Below are positions 40,863 through 51,644 of a stretch of 64,000 bases of DNA, piece by piece. How positions within the stretch are numbered: position 1 is the stretch's first letter; each line of letters opens with the position of its first letter. A program made the position numbers and the translations under genes. The DNA is from an uncultured Alphaproteobacteria bacterium (GTDB lineage: Bacteria; Pseudomonadota; Alphaproteobacteria; Rhizobiales; Xanthobacteraceae). The DNA lies in the NCBI GenBank assembly GCA_963807015.1, contig CAWEAS010000012.1:143277-207276 (forward strand), written 5' to 3'. The notes beneath the pieces were generated by a model. It searched no databases, had not been told where the DNA came from, and worked only from the letters and a program-made list of their open reading frames with translations.

Positions 40863-41591
40863 TCATGGGCGACCCGCGAATGCATCGGCAATGAACGCGT
40901 TGGTCAGCGCGTAGGTCTGCCGCGTCGTCGCTTCATCCCATTTGGCCACGCCCGGAACGTCGACGCCCTGATCGGTGTAGGCGTGGAGAATGCCGCTGAA
41001 CACCATCATTTGCCACTTCGCGCCAGCAGCATCCATTTCGGCTTCAAAGGCATCGCGATCGGCCTTCGGCACCACCGGATCAGGCGCACCATGAATGGCA
41101 AGAAGGGCCGCTTTCACAGCACCTTTCGCCGCCGGTTGCTTGGTCTTGAGGTCACTGTGGATGGCAACCACCGCATGGACGTCGGCGCCGTCGCGTGCGA
41201 GATCAAGCACGTTGCCGCCACCAAAGCAGAACCCGACGGCGGCACGGCGATCATTGATGAGGTCGCGACGGCGCGCTTCCCTGAGAAAAGCATCGTAGGC
41301 TGCGCGAATTCGTCTTCGGGCCTCCGGCGGATCATCACGGAGAGGATTAGCAAGCTCGGCGGCCTCGTCGAAATTCTTTGGCCTCACGTTCTCGCCATAC
41401 ATGTCGGCGACGAAGGCCACATAGCCGTAACGCGCGAGCATTTCGGCCCGCACATTGGCCGTAGGAGTAGCGCCGAGCCAGTTCGGCGACATCAGCAACG
41501 CGGGCAAGCGGCCGCGAATGGTGTCGTCATAGACCAGCGCACCTCGGAACGTCTTACGATCCAGCTGATAGCCGATCAACTCGATTTTCAT
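40863..41591 (-). CDS. dienelactone hydrolase family protein
   Basis: GFCFGG nucleophile motif. About 240 aa alpha/beta fold. GGGGAGGGG RBS before the ATG at 41591. Confidence 0.75.
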   Translation of the reverse strand: MKIELIGYQLDRKTFRGALVYDDTIRGRLPALLMSPNWLGATPTANVRAEMLARYGYVAFVADMYGENVRPKNFDEAAELANPLRDDPPEARRRIRAAYDAFLREARRRDLINDRRAAVGFCFGGGNVLDLARDGADVHAVVAIHSDLKTKQPAAKGAVKAALLAIHGAPDPVVPKADRDAFEAEMDAAGAKWQMMVFSGILHAYTDQGVDVPGVAKWDEATTRQTYALTNAFIADAFAGRP

Positions 41592-41751
41592 GTCCCCTCC
41601 CCTGTTCTCAGCCGAGGACCCAGCGCCGCCTTGTTCGGACACGCGCGGCCGACGGGGCCTAACGGCGGCCTGCGACGCCTCTCCTGCCCATTTTTGCTAG
41701 GCAAAGCCTAGCCGCTTTGTTATACGCCAGCGGCTGCCTATCTGCACCGCT

Positions 41752-41826
41752 TCCCCGGTAGCTCAGTGGTAGAGCAACCGGCTGTTAACCGGTTGGTCGC
41801 TGGTTCGAATCCGGCCCGGGGAGCCA
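41752..41826 (+). tRNA. tRNA-Asn (GTT)
   Basis: 75 nt. Acceptor TCCCCGG/CCGGGGA, D-loop AGCTCAGTGGTAGAGC, anticodon loop CTGTTAA, T-loop GGTTCGAATCC, discriminator G plus CCA. Confidence 0.9.
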
Positions 41827-42144
41827 ATGGCATCAGCGCAAGCGGCAGGTCTTGAGCGCTGAGCGTGCTGATATGGTCCGAAGTGGTTTGTCTGGCGGAC
41901 CAGCCACATTGTCAGACTAAAGCCGCGACGCTATTGAGTTTGAGCGACTGCGGATTTGTCTCAGTGATCGCTTTCCCTTTGCAGGCGCGAAAAAATGCGC
42001 TCTTTGCGTCCATTTGTCATATGAAGGGAGTCGTCGGCAACGGGCCTGATTCTGAGCGCCTTGGCGACGCCGCCGAGGCCCCTTTTGCCGTTGAAATCGG
42101 ATGCGGAATTGCGTGAACTGCCGACCTATGGCCGGACGTTTCAG

Positions 42145-42843
42145 ATGATTTCCAGCGAATGTCCGGAATGCGGCGAACCCGTTCCCATTCACGCGGAAAA
42201 ATGCAGCTATTGCGGAACTCCTAACACGGCCCGTCGCGGGATTGTCGCGATCGCTGTGGCGATCGTCCTGCTCGCTATCGCGATTGCAAGCGCGATCTAT
42301 ATCGCAACCCGACCGCAGACGCGCATGGCGGCTGAACCCAAGGGCGCCTCGCGAGCGGTGGTAGGTGAACCCCGAGGAATAAGTCCGCCGGTTACGGCGG
42401 ACGGCAGCTTTGCCTGGATCAGGTCCGCGCTGACCGCATGTGACGATATCGCTGCGAAGCAACCCGCGGAGCTGCATTTCATCGTCATTCCGTTGCAGGC
42501 AAAGCCGTCCGACCTCCCCGATTGGCAATTGCTCACCGTCGGTACTGTCGGCAACGGCCTCTCAATTCCTGCAGACGACGCGCTGGGCGGGCTCAGACGC
42601 GGAACATTGAGCATCTACAACGAAGACTATGTGTTCAGCGTGCGCGATGCGAACACGAACGTCATTTACAAGTGGAACTCGGCGAACGGAGTGAAGCAAT
42701 TCTCCACCAAGGAAGCGGAAGCGGTCCGGATCTTCCGCTTGCAGATTCTGCCCCAACTTAAGGGGAAAACCGGTGATTGGGGCGATGCATTCTCCACCCA
42801 GGCGGGCAAATGCAACTGGGTCGCCGCCATCGTCCGCGAGTGA
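42145..42843 (+). CDS. hypothetical zinc-ribbon membrane protein
   Basis: N-terminal CPECG...CSYCG zinc ribbon, one TM helix (IVAIAVAIVLLAIAIASAIYIA), and a ~170-aa extracytoplasmic domain. Confidence 0.5.
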   Translation: MISSECPECGEPVPIHAEKCSYCGTPNTARRGIVAIAVAIVLLAIAIASAIYIATRPQTRMAAEPKGASRAVVGEPRGISPPVTADGSFAWIRSALTACDDIAAKQPAELHFIVIPLQAKPSDLPDWQLLTVGTVGNGLSIPADDALGGLRRGTLSIYNEDYVFSVRDANTNVIYKWNSANGVKQFSTKEAEAVRIFRLQILPQLKGKTGDWGDAFSTQAGKCNWVAAIVRE

Positions 42844-42929
42844 CGCCGGGCGTTTCCAAAAATTTTGATGACGCGGGTCGAACACCGTGGCAACTTCCGG
42901 TCCGCCAAGGAGAAAATGAAGGAATTTGA

Positions 42930-43241
42930 ATGATGAATGTGCGACGGTTGGGAGGCGTAGTGTTGTCTGGCATGCTCGCTGGGGCTTTGGCCATCGCCAC
43001 CGTGAACGCAGCCGAATTGCCCGACGGACCAAACCGCGATCTCGTTGCCCGCGAGTGCACCGCCTGCCATGACCTTGAGATGCTCTTCGCCGCAGCGGGC
43101 GCAAGCCGAGAGGACTGGAACGGCGCAATCGATGAGATGAGCGAGTACGGACTCAAGGTCTCTCCTGAGCAGCGCGCAGAGATCTTGGATTATCTCGCGA
43201 CCTATCTTGGGCCGGGCTCAAAGGCGGCTGCAAAGCGATAA
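42930..43241 (+). CDS. small monoheme c-type cytochrome
   Basis: Signal peptide, a single CTACH heme-binding motif, 103 aa. AAGGAG RBS. Confidence 0.6.
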   Translation: MMNVRRLGGVVLSGMLAGALAIATVNAAELPDGPNRDLVARECTACHDLEMLFAAAGASREDWNGAIDEMSEYGLKVSPEQRAEILDYLATYLGPGSKAAAKR

Positions 43242-43477
43242 TTGGAGCGTTGAAAAGGACCCGTACCGGAGAGCCGCGCGCGAATTGGCGCCTGCGGAAG
43301 GCGGTTAAATCTTACCGAGCCGGAAGCTATCCCCGCACCGATGTCCGCCGGACAATCACAGAACGTTAAACAACTTAGGAGCTTTCCCTGAGGCGCCGCG
43401 AGAATACCCCGCGGCGCGCCGAAATTCATCATGCTTCCGCCGCGGATGGCCGCAAAGCATGGGGCGGAGGGGAAAGC

Positions 43478-45847
43478 ATGCGAGTTGCGTTGTGGGGACG
43501 GTGGGTCGCGAGTGCTGCGCTTGCTGTCGCGATTGTTATCGCGGCGTCATCGGTGTTCGCCGCAGTCTTAGATGACTCGATCCTCATCCAGGGCAACCAG
43601 CGTATCGATGCCGCGGCCATCCGTGCGCACTTCAAGGGCAATGGGGTGGATAGCCTCGGCCCCGCCGCCATCGATGCTGCCCTCAAAGAGATTTACGCAA
43701 CTGGCGAGTTCGAAGACGTCAAGATCACGCACGCGGGGTCACGCCTTGTCGTGAAGGTTTTCGAAGCGCCGATCATCGCGCAGCTTCGATTCGAGGGGAA
43801 CAAACACCTCAAGGACAAGGACCTGAATAATGCGATCATGCTGCGGGCGCGCGGGCCGCTGACCAAGGCGGCCGTCCACAATGATGTTGAGCGGATCATC
43901 GAGTACTATCACCAGGCCGGCCGCTATGACGTCGAGGTCACGCCAAAAACGATTGCGCATGGCGAGGGGCGCGTCGATCTCATCTTCGAAATCAAGGAAG
44001 GCGGAAAGACCGGGGTCAGACACATCGTCTTTGTCGGCAACCGGTCCTTCGCCGACTCTCGCCTGAGGGGCGTGATCAAGACGTCTGAATCGGATTGGTT
44101 CGCGTTCTTCAGAACGAACGACGTCTATGACGTCGATCGACTTGAAAACGATGGCGAACTGCTGCGCCATTTCTACAGAAAAAGCGGCTTCGCCGACGTC
44201 CGCGTCTCAGCGTTGGGCGCTTACGATACCGCGGAAAAAGGGTTCATCATCAGGTATGCGATCGACGAGGGTGATCGCTATACCCTCGGCGGCGTCAACG
44301 TCGTCTCTCGTGTCGAGTCGCTGAACGGCGAAACACTCAAGAGTGTGGTCCCGCTGACCGCAGGCAAGACCTTCGACGGCGCAGCAGTAGACAAAACGGT
44401 TGAGGATATTGCGACCGCTGCAGCAAAGGCTGGCTTTCCGTTTGCCGCGGTGCGCTCGCATGTCAGCCATGGCGCCAATCCGCATACGGTAGACGTCGCA
44501 TTCACCATCGATGATGGTCCCCACGACTATATCGAGCGTATCGTGATCAGCGGCAACATGGCGACCCGCGAAGAGGTGATCCGGCGCGAATTCGATATTG
44601 CGGAAGGCGATGCCTACAATCGCGCGCTCGTCGATCGGACGCTGCGGCGGCTCAAAGCATTGCCCTTGTTCAAGTCGGTCAAAATCACGACTGAAAAAGG
44701 CTCGGCGCCGGATCGCGTCATCCTCAACGTCAAAGTCGAGGAGAAGCAGACCGGCAACTTCGCGATCTCAGGCGGATACTCCACCTCCGCCGGGATCATC
44801 GGCGAGGTGACGGTGTCCGAACAGAATTTTCTTGGTCTTGGTCAGTTCGTGAAGGTGTCGCTGACGATCGGCCAATATCTGCGCGGCGGCAACCTCAGTT
44901 GGCGCGAACCGTATTTCCTCGACACGCCAATGTCGCTCGGCGTCGATCTCTTCTACAAGGAGGTATTGACCAGTCCGTACCAATCCTACGGCTCGACCAC
45001 TTACGGCGCTGCAATCAAGATCGGCGCGCCGGTGGCGGATGGCCTCACCTCCGAGGCGCGCTATTCGCTGGTCAACCAAGGTCTTTCACTTGATCCGGCG
45101 CTGATGGACTGCTCGGCGACAAACCCGCCGCCGGCGTGCCTCTATAACGGCGAGGCATCCGCCGCCATCAAGCAGGCAGTCCTCAATGGTCCGCAGTGGG
45201 TATCGTCGGTCGGCTCGACCATCGCCTACAACACGCTCGACAATCCGAAGAACCCCCACGAAGGACTACGCGTCGAAGTGAGGCAGGACGTGGCTGGCCT
45301 CGGCGGCGATGTGGATTTTCTGAGAAGCACTGGCGACGTGCGCTACTACCATGACCTCGGCAACGATATCGTCGGAATGGCCCGCGGTCAGGCAGGTTAC
45401 ATCACGCCGTATGGCGGCCAGACTCTGCCGGTAATGAATGGCTTTTTCGGCGGTCCGCAGCTGGTCCGTGGATTTGCCGTCAATGGCTTCGGGCCGAGGG
45501 ATCTGACCCCCGGCACCACCCAGGACAACATCGGGGGCAGCAAATATTGGGCGACCAGCGGCGAGTTGCAGGCTCCGATCCCCGGATTGCCGCCGGAGAT
45601 CGCGCTCAAGACGGCAGTGTTTGCCGATGCCGGCAGCTTGTGGGGCTACAAGGGAGCGACCTCATTTCCGAACCTGTCACCATCGCTGATGACTGTCGGC
45701 GACTCGCGCCAGGTACGCTCGTCGATCGGCTCGAGCCTCATCTGGGATTCGCCGTTTGGCCCGCTGCGTGTCGATTACGCCTATCCGCTCACGAAGACGC
45801 CTTACGACGTGACGCAACGCCTCAACTTCGGCTTCGGTGGCTTTTAG
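43478..45847 (+). CDS. bamA: Omp85-family outer membrane protein assembly factor BamA (five POTRA domains plus beta-barrel)
   Basis: 789 aa with signal peptide. POTRA1 [19 protein letters not shown]-terminal NFGFGGF beta-signal. Confidence 0.8.
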   Translation: MRVALWGRWVASAALAVAIVIAASSVFAAVLDDSILIQGNQRIDAAAIRAHFKGNGVDSLGPAAIDAALKEIYATGEFEDVKITHAGSRLVVKVFEAPIIAQLRFEGNKHLKDKDLNNAIMLRARGPLTKAAVHNDVERIIEYYHQAGRYDVEVTPKTIAHGEGRVDLIFEIKEGGKTGVRHIVFVGNRSFADSRLRGVIKTSESDWFAFFRTNDVYDVDRLENDGELLRHFYRKSGFADVRVSALGAYDTAEKGFIIRYAIDEGDRYTLGGVNVVSRVESLNGETLKSVVPLTAGKTFDGAAVDKTVEDIATAAAKAGFPFAAVRSHVSHGANPHTVDVAFTIDDGPHDYIERIVISGNMATREEVIRREFDIAEGDAYNRALVDRTLRRLKALPLFKSVKITTEKGSAPDRVILNVKVEEKQTGNFAISGGYSTSAGIIGEVTVSEQNFLGLGQFVKVSLTIGQYLRGGNLSWREPYFLDTPMSLGVDLFYKEVLTSPYQSYGSTTYGAAIKIGAPVADGLTSEARYSLVNQGLSLDPALMDCSATNPPPACLYNGEASAAIKQAVLNGPQWVSSVGSTIAYNTLDNPKNPHEGLRVEVRQDVAGLGGDVDFLRSTGDVRYYHDLGNDIVGMARGQAGYITPYGGQTLPVMNGFFGGPQLVRGFAVNGFGPRDLTPGTTQDNIGGSKYWATSGELQAPIPGLPPEIALKTAVFADAGSLWGYKGATSFPNLSPSLMTVGDSRQVRSSIGSSLIWDSPFGPLRVDYAYPLTKTPYDVTQRLNFGFGGF

Positions 45848-45921
45848 CCGCTTTTGCGCATCGTTGTCCGTCGTCCCTCATACGACTGGACAAGGCGCGC
45901 GCGCTGCGTAACTCTCGATCG

Positions 45922-47328
45922 ATGGACGAGCAACAATTCAGCATAAGCGACATTCTCTCCGGCCGGGCGCCAAAGGATGCGCCGATCACCGTCAAGGGTT
46001 GGGTGCGCACCCGGCGTGATTCCAAGGCAGGCATTTCGTTCGTTCACCTCTCCGACGGCTCGTCGTTCCATCCGGTGCAGGTTGTCGCGCCGAACACGCT
46101 CGCCAATTACACCGATGAGGTCCTCAAGCTCACGGCCGGTTGCGCCATCGCCGCGACCGGGACGATTGTGCCCTCGCCGGCCAAGGGACAGCCGTACGAG
46201 ATGCAGGCGAGCGCGATCAATGTAATCGGCTGGGTGGACGACCCGGACACCTATCCGATCCAGCCGAAACCTCACACCCTCGAATTTCTGCGCGAGGTCG
46301 CACATTTGCGGCCGCGGACGAACGTGATCGGCGCAGCCACGCGGGTGCGGCATACGCTGGCGCAGGCGATCCACCGTTTTTTCGATCAGAACGGCTTCTA
46401 TTGGGTCAATACGCCGATCATCACGTCGTCCGACGCGGAGGGCGCCGGCGCCCTCTTCCGTGTTTCAACTCTCGATCTCATCAACCCGCCGCGAACACCT
46501 CAAGGGGAGATCGATTTCGCCAAGGATTTTTTCGGCCGCGAAACTTTCTTGACCGTATCGGGGCAGCTCAACGTCGAAGCCTACTGTCTCGCGCTCACCA
46601 AGGTCTACACGTTCGGACCGACCTTCCGCGCCGAGAACTCGAACACCAGCCGGCACCTTGCCGAGTTCTGGATGATTGAGCCCGAAATCGCTTTTGCTGA
46701 CCTTTCCGACGACGCGACGCTGGCGGAGCAGTTGTTGAAGTTCACGTTCGAGACATTGCTCAGAGAACGACATGACGACCTCGCCTTCTTCGATGAGCGC
46801 ATCGAGAAGGGTCTCCTCGCAAAGCTTCAGGGCATCGTCGCTTCCGAGTTCGTGCGCATGGACTACGGTGAGGCGATTGCAATTCTTGAACGGGCCAAGG
46901 AGAAGTTCGAATTCCCGGTGAAATGGGGCATCGACCTGCAGTCGGAGCACGAGCGCTATCTCACCGAGAAGCACGTGAAGAAGCCGATGATCGTGATGAA
47001 CTACCCGAAGGACATCAAGGCGTTCTACATGCGCGTCAATGACGACGACAAAACCGTTGCGGCGATGGACGTGCTTGCGCCGGGTATCGGCGAGATCATC
47101 GGCGGCAGCCAACGCGAAGAGCGTCTAGAGGTGCTCGACGCGCGCATGACCGAGCGCAAGATCGATAAGGAGCACTACGCCTGGTACCGCGATCTGCGTC
47201 GCTATGGCACCGTGCCCCACGCGGGCTTCGGCCTCGGCTTCGAGCGAACGCTCGCCTATGTCACGGGCCTCGCCAACGTCCGCGATGCGATCCCATTCCC
47301 GAGGACGCCGGGACACGCACGGTATTGA
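45922..47328 (+). CDS. asnS: asparagine--tRNA ligase
   Basis: Class IIb motifs FRAE and GGSQREER, and [12 protein letters not shown]. Start taken at [12 protein letters not shown]; the track N-terminal extension overlaps bamA and is rejected. Confidence 0.9.
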   Translation: MDEQQFSISDILSGRAPKDAPITVKGWVRTRRDSKAGISFVHLSDGSSFHPVQVVAPNTLANYTDEVLKLTAGCAIAATGTIVPSPAKGQPYEMQASAINVIGWVDDPDTYPIQPKPHTLEFLREVAHLRPRTNVIGAATRVRHTLAQAIHRFFDQNGFYWVNTPIITSSDAEGAGALFRVSTLDLINPPRTPQGEIDFAKDFFGRETFLTVSGQLNVEAYCLALTKVYTFGPTFRAENSNTSRHLAEFWMIEPEIAFADLSDDATLAEQLLKFTFETLLRERHDDLAFFDERIEKGLLAKLQGIVASEFVRMDYGEAIAILERAKEKFEFPVKWGIDLQSEHERYLTEKHVKKPMIVMNYPKDIKAFYMRVNDDDKTVAAMDVLAPGIGEIIGGSQREERLEVLDARMTERKIDKEHYAWYRDLRRYGTVPHAGFGLGFERTLAYVTGLANVRDAIPFPRTPGHARY

Positions 47329-47415
47329 GGGCTGGGTGGTTTCCGCATGAGGTGCGGATAGCTGCCGGTTGTTGGCGAAGCGATGCGAGGCGTGCGCGCC
47401 CTCGCTAGTTTCCGC

Positions 47416-48234
47416 CTATTGCACCACTGGACCAACGGGCGCGCGTTGGATGATCTCGATGCGGGTGCCCCACGGGTCCGTAATGTAGGTGATGACGCTG
47501 CCCGCCGGGCTCTTGCGAACCGGCTCGTCGAGCTTGATGCCTTCGGCCTCGATTTTCTTCACGAAGGCCGCGTGGTCATTCACGTCGAATCCGATGTGAT
47601 CGAGGATGCGACCGCGGGTTCGTGCTTGCGCAGTCTCAGCTTTGGCGAACCGAAGTTGAACTCCCGGGAGGTCTACCACCGGCGCGTTGTTGCGCGTGCC
47701 GACTTTGCCGCCGAACGTCTTGGCGTACCAAGCTTGAGCTTTGGGAATTTCCTTCTCCGGCAGGAAGAAGTGGACGTGCTCATTGCGGATCGGCATTGAC
47801 TGCGTCTTGTCTTCCAATATTTCGATGCGCACGCCGTCGGGCGTCTCGACGAACGCTTGGTCGAGCCGATTGTTGTTGCCGGGCAAAACCGGAACGCCTG
47901 CTGCCTTCCATTGGGCAACCCGCTGCTGCACGTTGTCGACGACAAAGCCGACGTGGTTTACCACCGAACCCTGCGAGCCGCCGTTCCCGGTTTCGGTGCC
48001 GAGGTTCAGGTTGATATAGAGACCCGGGAACATCATCAGCGGGTTTCCGCCGGGCATCAACAATTTCCCACCCATGCCAAGGAAGAGCTTCTTGTTGGCC
48101 TCGACGTCCTTGGAGATGATGTGCCAGTGACCCATGGTCACGCCGGTCTCGTTGAATGGAGCCGGTTGCGCGAATGCTGCGCCTGCCGTCAGCGTAGATG
48201 CAAACAGTAAAGCGATGAACCCACTCGGTCTCAT
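47416..48234 (-). CDS. VOC (glyoxalase/bleomycin-resistance/dioxygenase) family protein, secreted, two-domain
   Basis: Signal peptide MRPSGFIALLFASTLTAGAAFA. Two HxGF-containing VOC-like modules. Confidence 0.6.
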   Translation of the reverse strand: MRPSGFIALLFASTLTAGAAFAQPAPFNETGVTMGHWHIISKDVEANKKLFLGMGGKLLMPGGNPLMMFPGLYINLNLGTETGNGGSQGSVVNHVGFVVDNVQQRVAQWKAAGVPVLPGNNNRLDQAFVETPDGVRIEILEDKTQSMPIRNEHVHFFLPEKEIPKAQAWYAKTFGGKVGTRNNAPVVDLPGVQLRFAKAETAQARTRGRILDHIGFDVNDHAAFVKKIEAEGIKLDEPVRKSPAGSVITYITDPWGTRIEIIQRAPVGPVVQ

Positions 48235-48461
48235 TGTTTCCTCCCCTTACATTTTTGTATCGGCCGGCCAACGGAGCGACAACCATCAGCCGGAATTCAA
48301 AATATCACGCGAGGCATCGAGGTGGCGAGTGCAGGACGCATCCCGCCTACAGTTCCTCGGCGATCGGGCGCGGTCAAGATGCTCGACGACCGCCGCCGTC
48401 CTTAGGAGAAGTGCCGCGAGTTTTGACCCGCGGCACTTAGACTACCAACTGCGAAGCTGAC

Positions 48462-50240
48462 TTACTTCACAGCGAAGACATAGATCGCGCCACCCGACGG
48501 CACATCGGGATATTTGCCGGGAAACAGGAGGTTGAGCCGACTCTGCATCCTCGCAGCATCGACACCCCAGCCGGACTGCACCGCGATATACTGCTTGCCG
48601 TCGACCGCGAAGGACACAGGCACGCCGTTGACGCCCGAGACGGTCGGGTATTGCCACAAGATTTTGCCGGTCTTCGCGTCAAAGGCGCGGAACAGGCGAT
48701 CATTCGTGCCACCCGAGAAGAGGACGTCGCCAGCGGTGGCCAGCATTGGACCCCAGTTCTCCGACGGTAGCTTGGTCGTCCACACCTTTTTGCCGGTATC
48801 GAGGTTCCAAGCTTGGACTTCACCGATGTGATCGGCCCCGGCACGGATCAGCATGATGTTGCTGGCGACGCCAATGTAGCGTTCGCCGGGCACATACTTC
48901 GCCGGTCCGCCGCGCAGCTCCGTGCACAGGTTCTCGTTCGCGGGGATGTAGAGCAGCCGAGTCTTGGGGCTATAGGCGACCGGCGGCCAGTCCTTGCCGC
49001 CCCATAGACTTGGGCAAAATGTGGCGGTCTTGTCGGTGCCGGGCTTACGCTCGGGATCGACGATGGGTCGCCCTGTGCCCGGTTCGACGCCCTTGAACAC
49101 GTTGTGCGCGACGAAGTTCTGGCCAGCAATGAAGTTGATCTTGCCGGTAGTTCGCTCCAGTTGCCAGAGGTAACCGTCGCGGGCCACATCAACGAGGCCA
49201 TGGATGGTTTTGCCGCCATGCTGATAGTCGACCAGGATCGGGGGCGAAACCTCGTCCCAATCCCAAGAGTCGTTTTGGTGGTACTGGAAGTGCCCTTTGA
49301 TCTCACCGGTCTTGCCGTCGAGCGCGATGACTGACGACGTGTAGAGATTGTCGCCAGGACGTTGATCGCCCATCCACGGACCACCATTTCCAGTGCCCCA
49401 GAATGCGAGATTGGTCTCCGGATCGTAGGTCCCTGTCACCCAGACTGATCCGCCGCCGGTTTTCCATTGGTCGCCCTGCGGCCAGGTCTCGCTGCCCGGT
49501 TGTCCCGGTTCGGGAACCGTGAAGGTGCGCCACAGCTCTTTGCCGTTCTCGGCATCATAGGCAGCGACAAAGCCGCGTACGCCAAGTTCGCCACCTGATG
49601 TGCCTAGCATTACCTTGCCATCGGCGAGGAGCGGCATCAGCGACATGTAGTAGCCGTTCTTGTAGTCGGCGACTTTAACCGTCCACACCTCCTTGCCCGT
49701 TTTGGCGTCGAGAGCGACGAGGTTCGCGTCGGCGGATGCAAAATAGACCTTGTCGCCCAACAGTCCGACGCCGCGATTGGTCGGATGGAGCGATTGGAAA
49801 TCCTCCGGCAGCGGCCGCTTGTAGCGCCACAGCACATTGCCGGTCTTTGCGTCGAGAGCGATAAGCTGATTTCCCGGTGTCGCCACGAACATCACACCGT
49901 TGTTTACGATTGGCGGCGCCTGATGACCTTCGGTCTGACCGGTGGCGACGCTCCAGACGAGTTCGAGACGACCGACATTCGCGGGCGTGATTTGCGCCAG
50001 CGGGCTATATCCCCACCCGTCATAAGTGCGGCGGAACAGGAGCCAGTTGCCGTCCTCAGGCTTGCGTAGCCGCTCGGCCGTGACCGGCGTGTATTTCTGG
50101 AGGATCTCCGGCATCGGTCCAGGCGTGGGTGTTGCCGACGCCGGGGCGATAGTTTGCTGGGCCAGCGTGACTGCAACGCTCATCGCGGTCGCAATGGCGC
50201 CGGTGCCCACGCCGAGCAACAATTTCCTGGTGTCCAACAT
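48462..50240 (-). CDS. PQQ-dependent dehydrogenase, methanol/ethanol family, lanthanide-type active site, lacking the vicinal Cys-Cys
   Basis: Family motifs NWLLFRRTYDGWGYSPLAQI, GSSG-like TSGGELGVRGFVAAYD, and W-D-W-D (catalytic Asp plus the +2 Asp seen in Ln-dependent enzymes). HPTNRGV sits where MxaF/XoxF have CCDxVNRG. GGGAGGA RBS before the ATG at 50240. Signal peptide. Confidence 0.85.
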   Translation of the reverse strand: MLDTRKLLLGVGTGAIATAMSVAVTLAQQTIAPASATPTPGPMPEILQKYTPVTAERLRKPEDGNWLLFRRTYDGWGYSPLAQITPANVGRLELVWSVATGQTEGHQAPPIVNNGVMFVATPGNQLIALDAKTGNVLWRYKRPLPEDFQSLHPTNRGVGLLGDKVYFASADANLVALDAKTGKEVWTVKVADYKNGYYMSLMPLLADGKVMLGTSGGELGVRGFVAAYDAENGKELWRTFTVPEPGQPGSETWPQGDQWKTGGGSVWVTGTYDPETNLAFWGTGNGGPWMGDQRPGDNLYTSSVIALDGKTGEIKGHFQYHQNDSWDWDEVSPPILVDYQHGGKTIHGLVDVARDGYLWQLERTTGKINFIAGQNFVAHNVFKGVEPGTGRPIVDPERKPGTDKTATFCPSLWGGKDWPPVAYSPKTRLLYIPANENLCTELRGGPAKYVPGERYIGVASNIMLIRAGADHIGEVQAWNLDTGKKVWTTKLPSENWGPMLATAGDVLFSGGTNDRLFRAFDAKTGKILWQYPTVSGVNGVPVSFAVDGKQYIAVQSGWGVDAARMQSRLNLLFPGKYPDVPSGGAIYVFAVK

Positions 50241-50301
50241 GAGTTTTTCCTCCCGTTCTGTGAATGTTGTGTGCGCGTTTGTCCTTTGACGCGATCGCGA
50301 A

Positions 50302-50892
50302 TTACGTGGGTACGATGCCGACGCGACCCACGAATGGCTTGGCAACGACGAGCTTGCCGTCAACGATCTTGAGCGGCAGCGCCGCCAATGCCCGGGTCGT
50401 CGGGCCGTCGACTATGCTCGCACCATCACGTGGATTGTACCGGGAATTATGACAAGGACATTCCAGAATATTTTGGTCCGGAGACCAGCCATCGACCTCG
50501 CAGCCCGCATGGGGACAGATCGCAGAATAGGCAACAATCCCCTCGGCTGCACGCTCGCGCGTCTGTCCAACAAGCGTTGCTGGATCGAGTCGCAGTAGCA
50601 GCACCTTGTTTAGGCGCGAGCCGTTACGGACGATCTTGCCTACCGGATCGAACGGCCACGCGATGATTTCGGTATCCGAGATATCGCCAGGCGTCAGTGC
50701 GGAAGGGGCCGCTGCATCTACGCGCACAAGATAATCGCCTTCCTTGGGGCGCTCATCAGCGGGTTCGCCGGCCGCGGAAGTTGCACTCCTGCATACGGCG
50801 CAAGCGCCGACCAAAATTGCAAGAACGAGAACGTCTCGTCGCGTCGATACGATGCCGCACGACCCTGCGCGCGCATCAGAAGCCTCCCTCAT
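50302..50892 (-). CDS. Tat-exported Rieske [2Fe-2S] protein (bc-type box motifs)
   Basis: Tat motif STRRDVLVLAILVGA. Rieske boxes CPHAGC and CPCHNS. Ends 61 nt upstream of the PQQ dehydrogenase start on the same strand. Confidence 0.7.
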   Translation of the reverse strand: MREASDARAGSCGIVSTRRDVLVLAILVGACAVCRSATSAAGEPADERPKEGDYLVRVDAAAPSALTPGDISDTEIIAWPFDPVGKIVRNGSRLNKVLLLRLDPATLVGQTRERAAEGIVAYSAICPHAGCEVDGWSPDQNILECPCHNSRYNPRDGASIVDGPTTRALAALPLKIVDGKLVVAKPFVGRVGIVPT

Positions 50893-51163
50893 CTCACCCC
50901 CAATTTCGTTTGCCGCGAGCGCACCGACGAACCGCATACGGCTGCCCGGCCGGAGTTTTATGCTGGGAGAATCCTCGCGAATGTCCATCCAGTCAAGCCG
51001 CAGAGTCGGCGCGCTGCGCTGGGGCTACCAAGCGTTGAAGCCTTCGTACGCAGCATGACGTCCTTGTCGGGTCAACCAAAAAGAGACAATCTGCTGAACG
51101 CAGACGCAGCGATCGAAGTCGACCAATTCAAGGCGGCTACAAGATGAGGGGAAGGGTTTTCTA

Positions 51164-51644
51164 ATGACGATCTCGATCCGGGTGTACCTATTGGCGGCGT
51201 CGATGCTGATCTCCCCTGCTTTCGTCGCGGCACAGGCGCCATCGGACGGCCCACCGAGTTATCGACCGGGCCTCGGCGACCTGATGACGACAACCGTTCA
51301 ACCGCGCCACATCAAGCTTGCCTTCGCCGGCCGCGAAAAGAATTGGACCTACGCCGCATACGAAGTCCACGAGTTGGACGAGGCCTTCGACCGTTTATCC
51401 ATCCAGTGGCCTATATGGCAAAAGGTCCGAAATCGTCGAGCTGGTCGAGACCATCATCCGACAACCACTTTACGACCTTGGCCAAGCGATCAAGGAAAAG
51501 AACGAAGCGAAATATAACGTAGCCTACGGCCAGCTGACTGACGCCTGTAACGCGTGTCATGAGGCGGCGCGACGCAGCTTCGTCGTCATCCAGGAGCCAA
51601 AGGACAATATGTTCCCGGACCAGGACTTCCGCGCGAGGCCATGA
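51164..51644 (+). CDS. class-II-like (cytochrome c-prime/c556-type) c-type cytochrome, apparent frameshift near 51429-51434
   Basis: Signal peptide MTISIRVYLLAASMLISPAFVAAQA. C-terminal CNACH heme motif lies in the +1 frame. Removing one A from GAAATC joins the frames into a single ~150-aa ORF. Confidence 0.5.

Noticed and set aside
45547-45921. 125-aa N-terminal extension of asnS overlapping bamA
   Set aside because: Overlaps the bamA coding region in another frame. AsnS homology starts at MDEQQF (45922).
48462-50240. Calling the PQQ dehydrogenase xoxF
   Set aside because: It has the Ln-type Asp but lacks the conserved Cys-Cys and has no adjacent xoxG/xoxJ. Assigning it to a named XoxF clade without a phylogeny would be over-interpretation.
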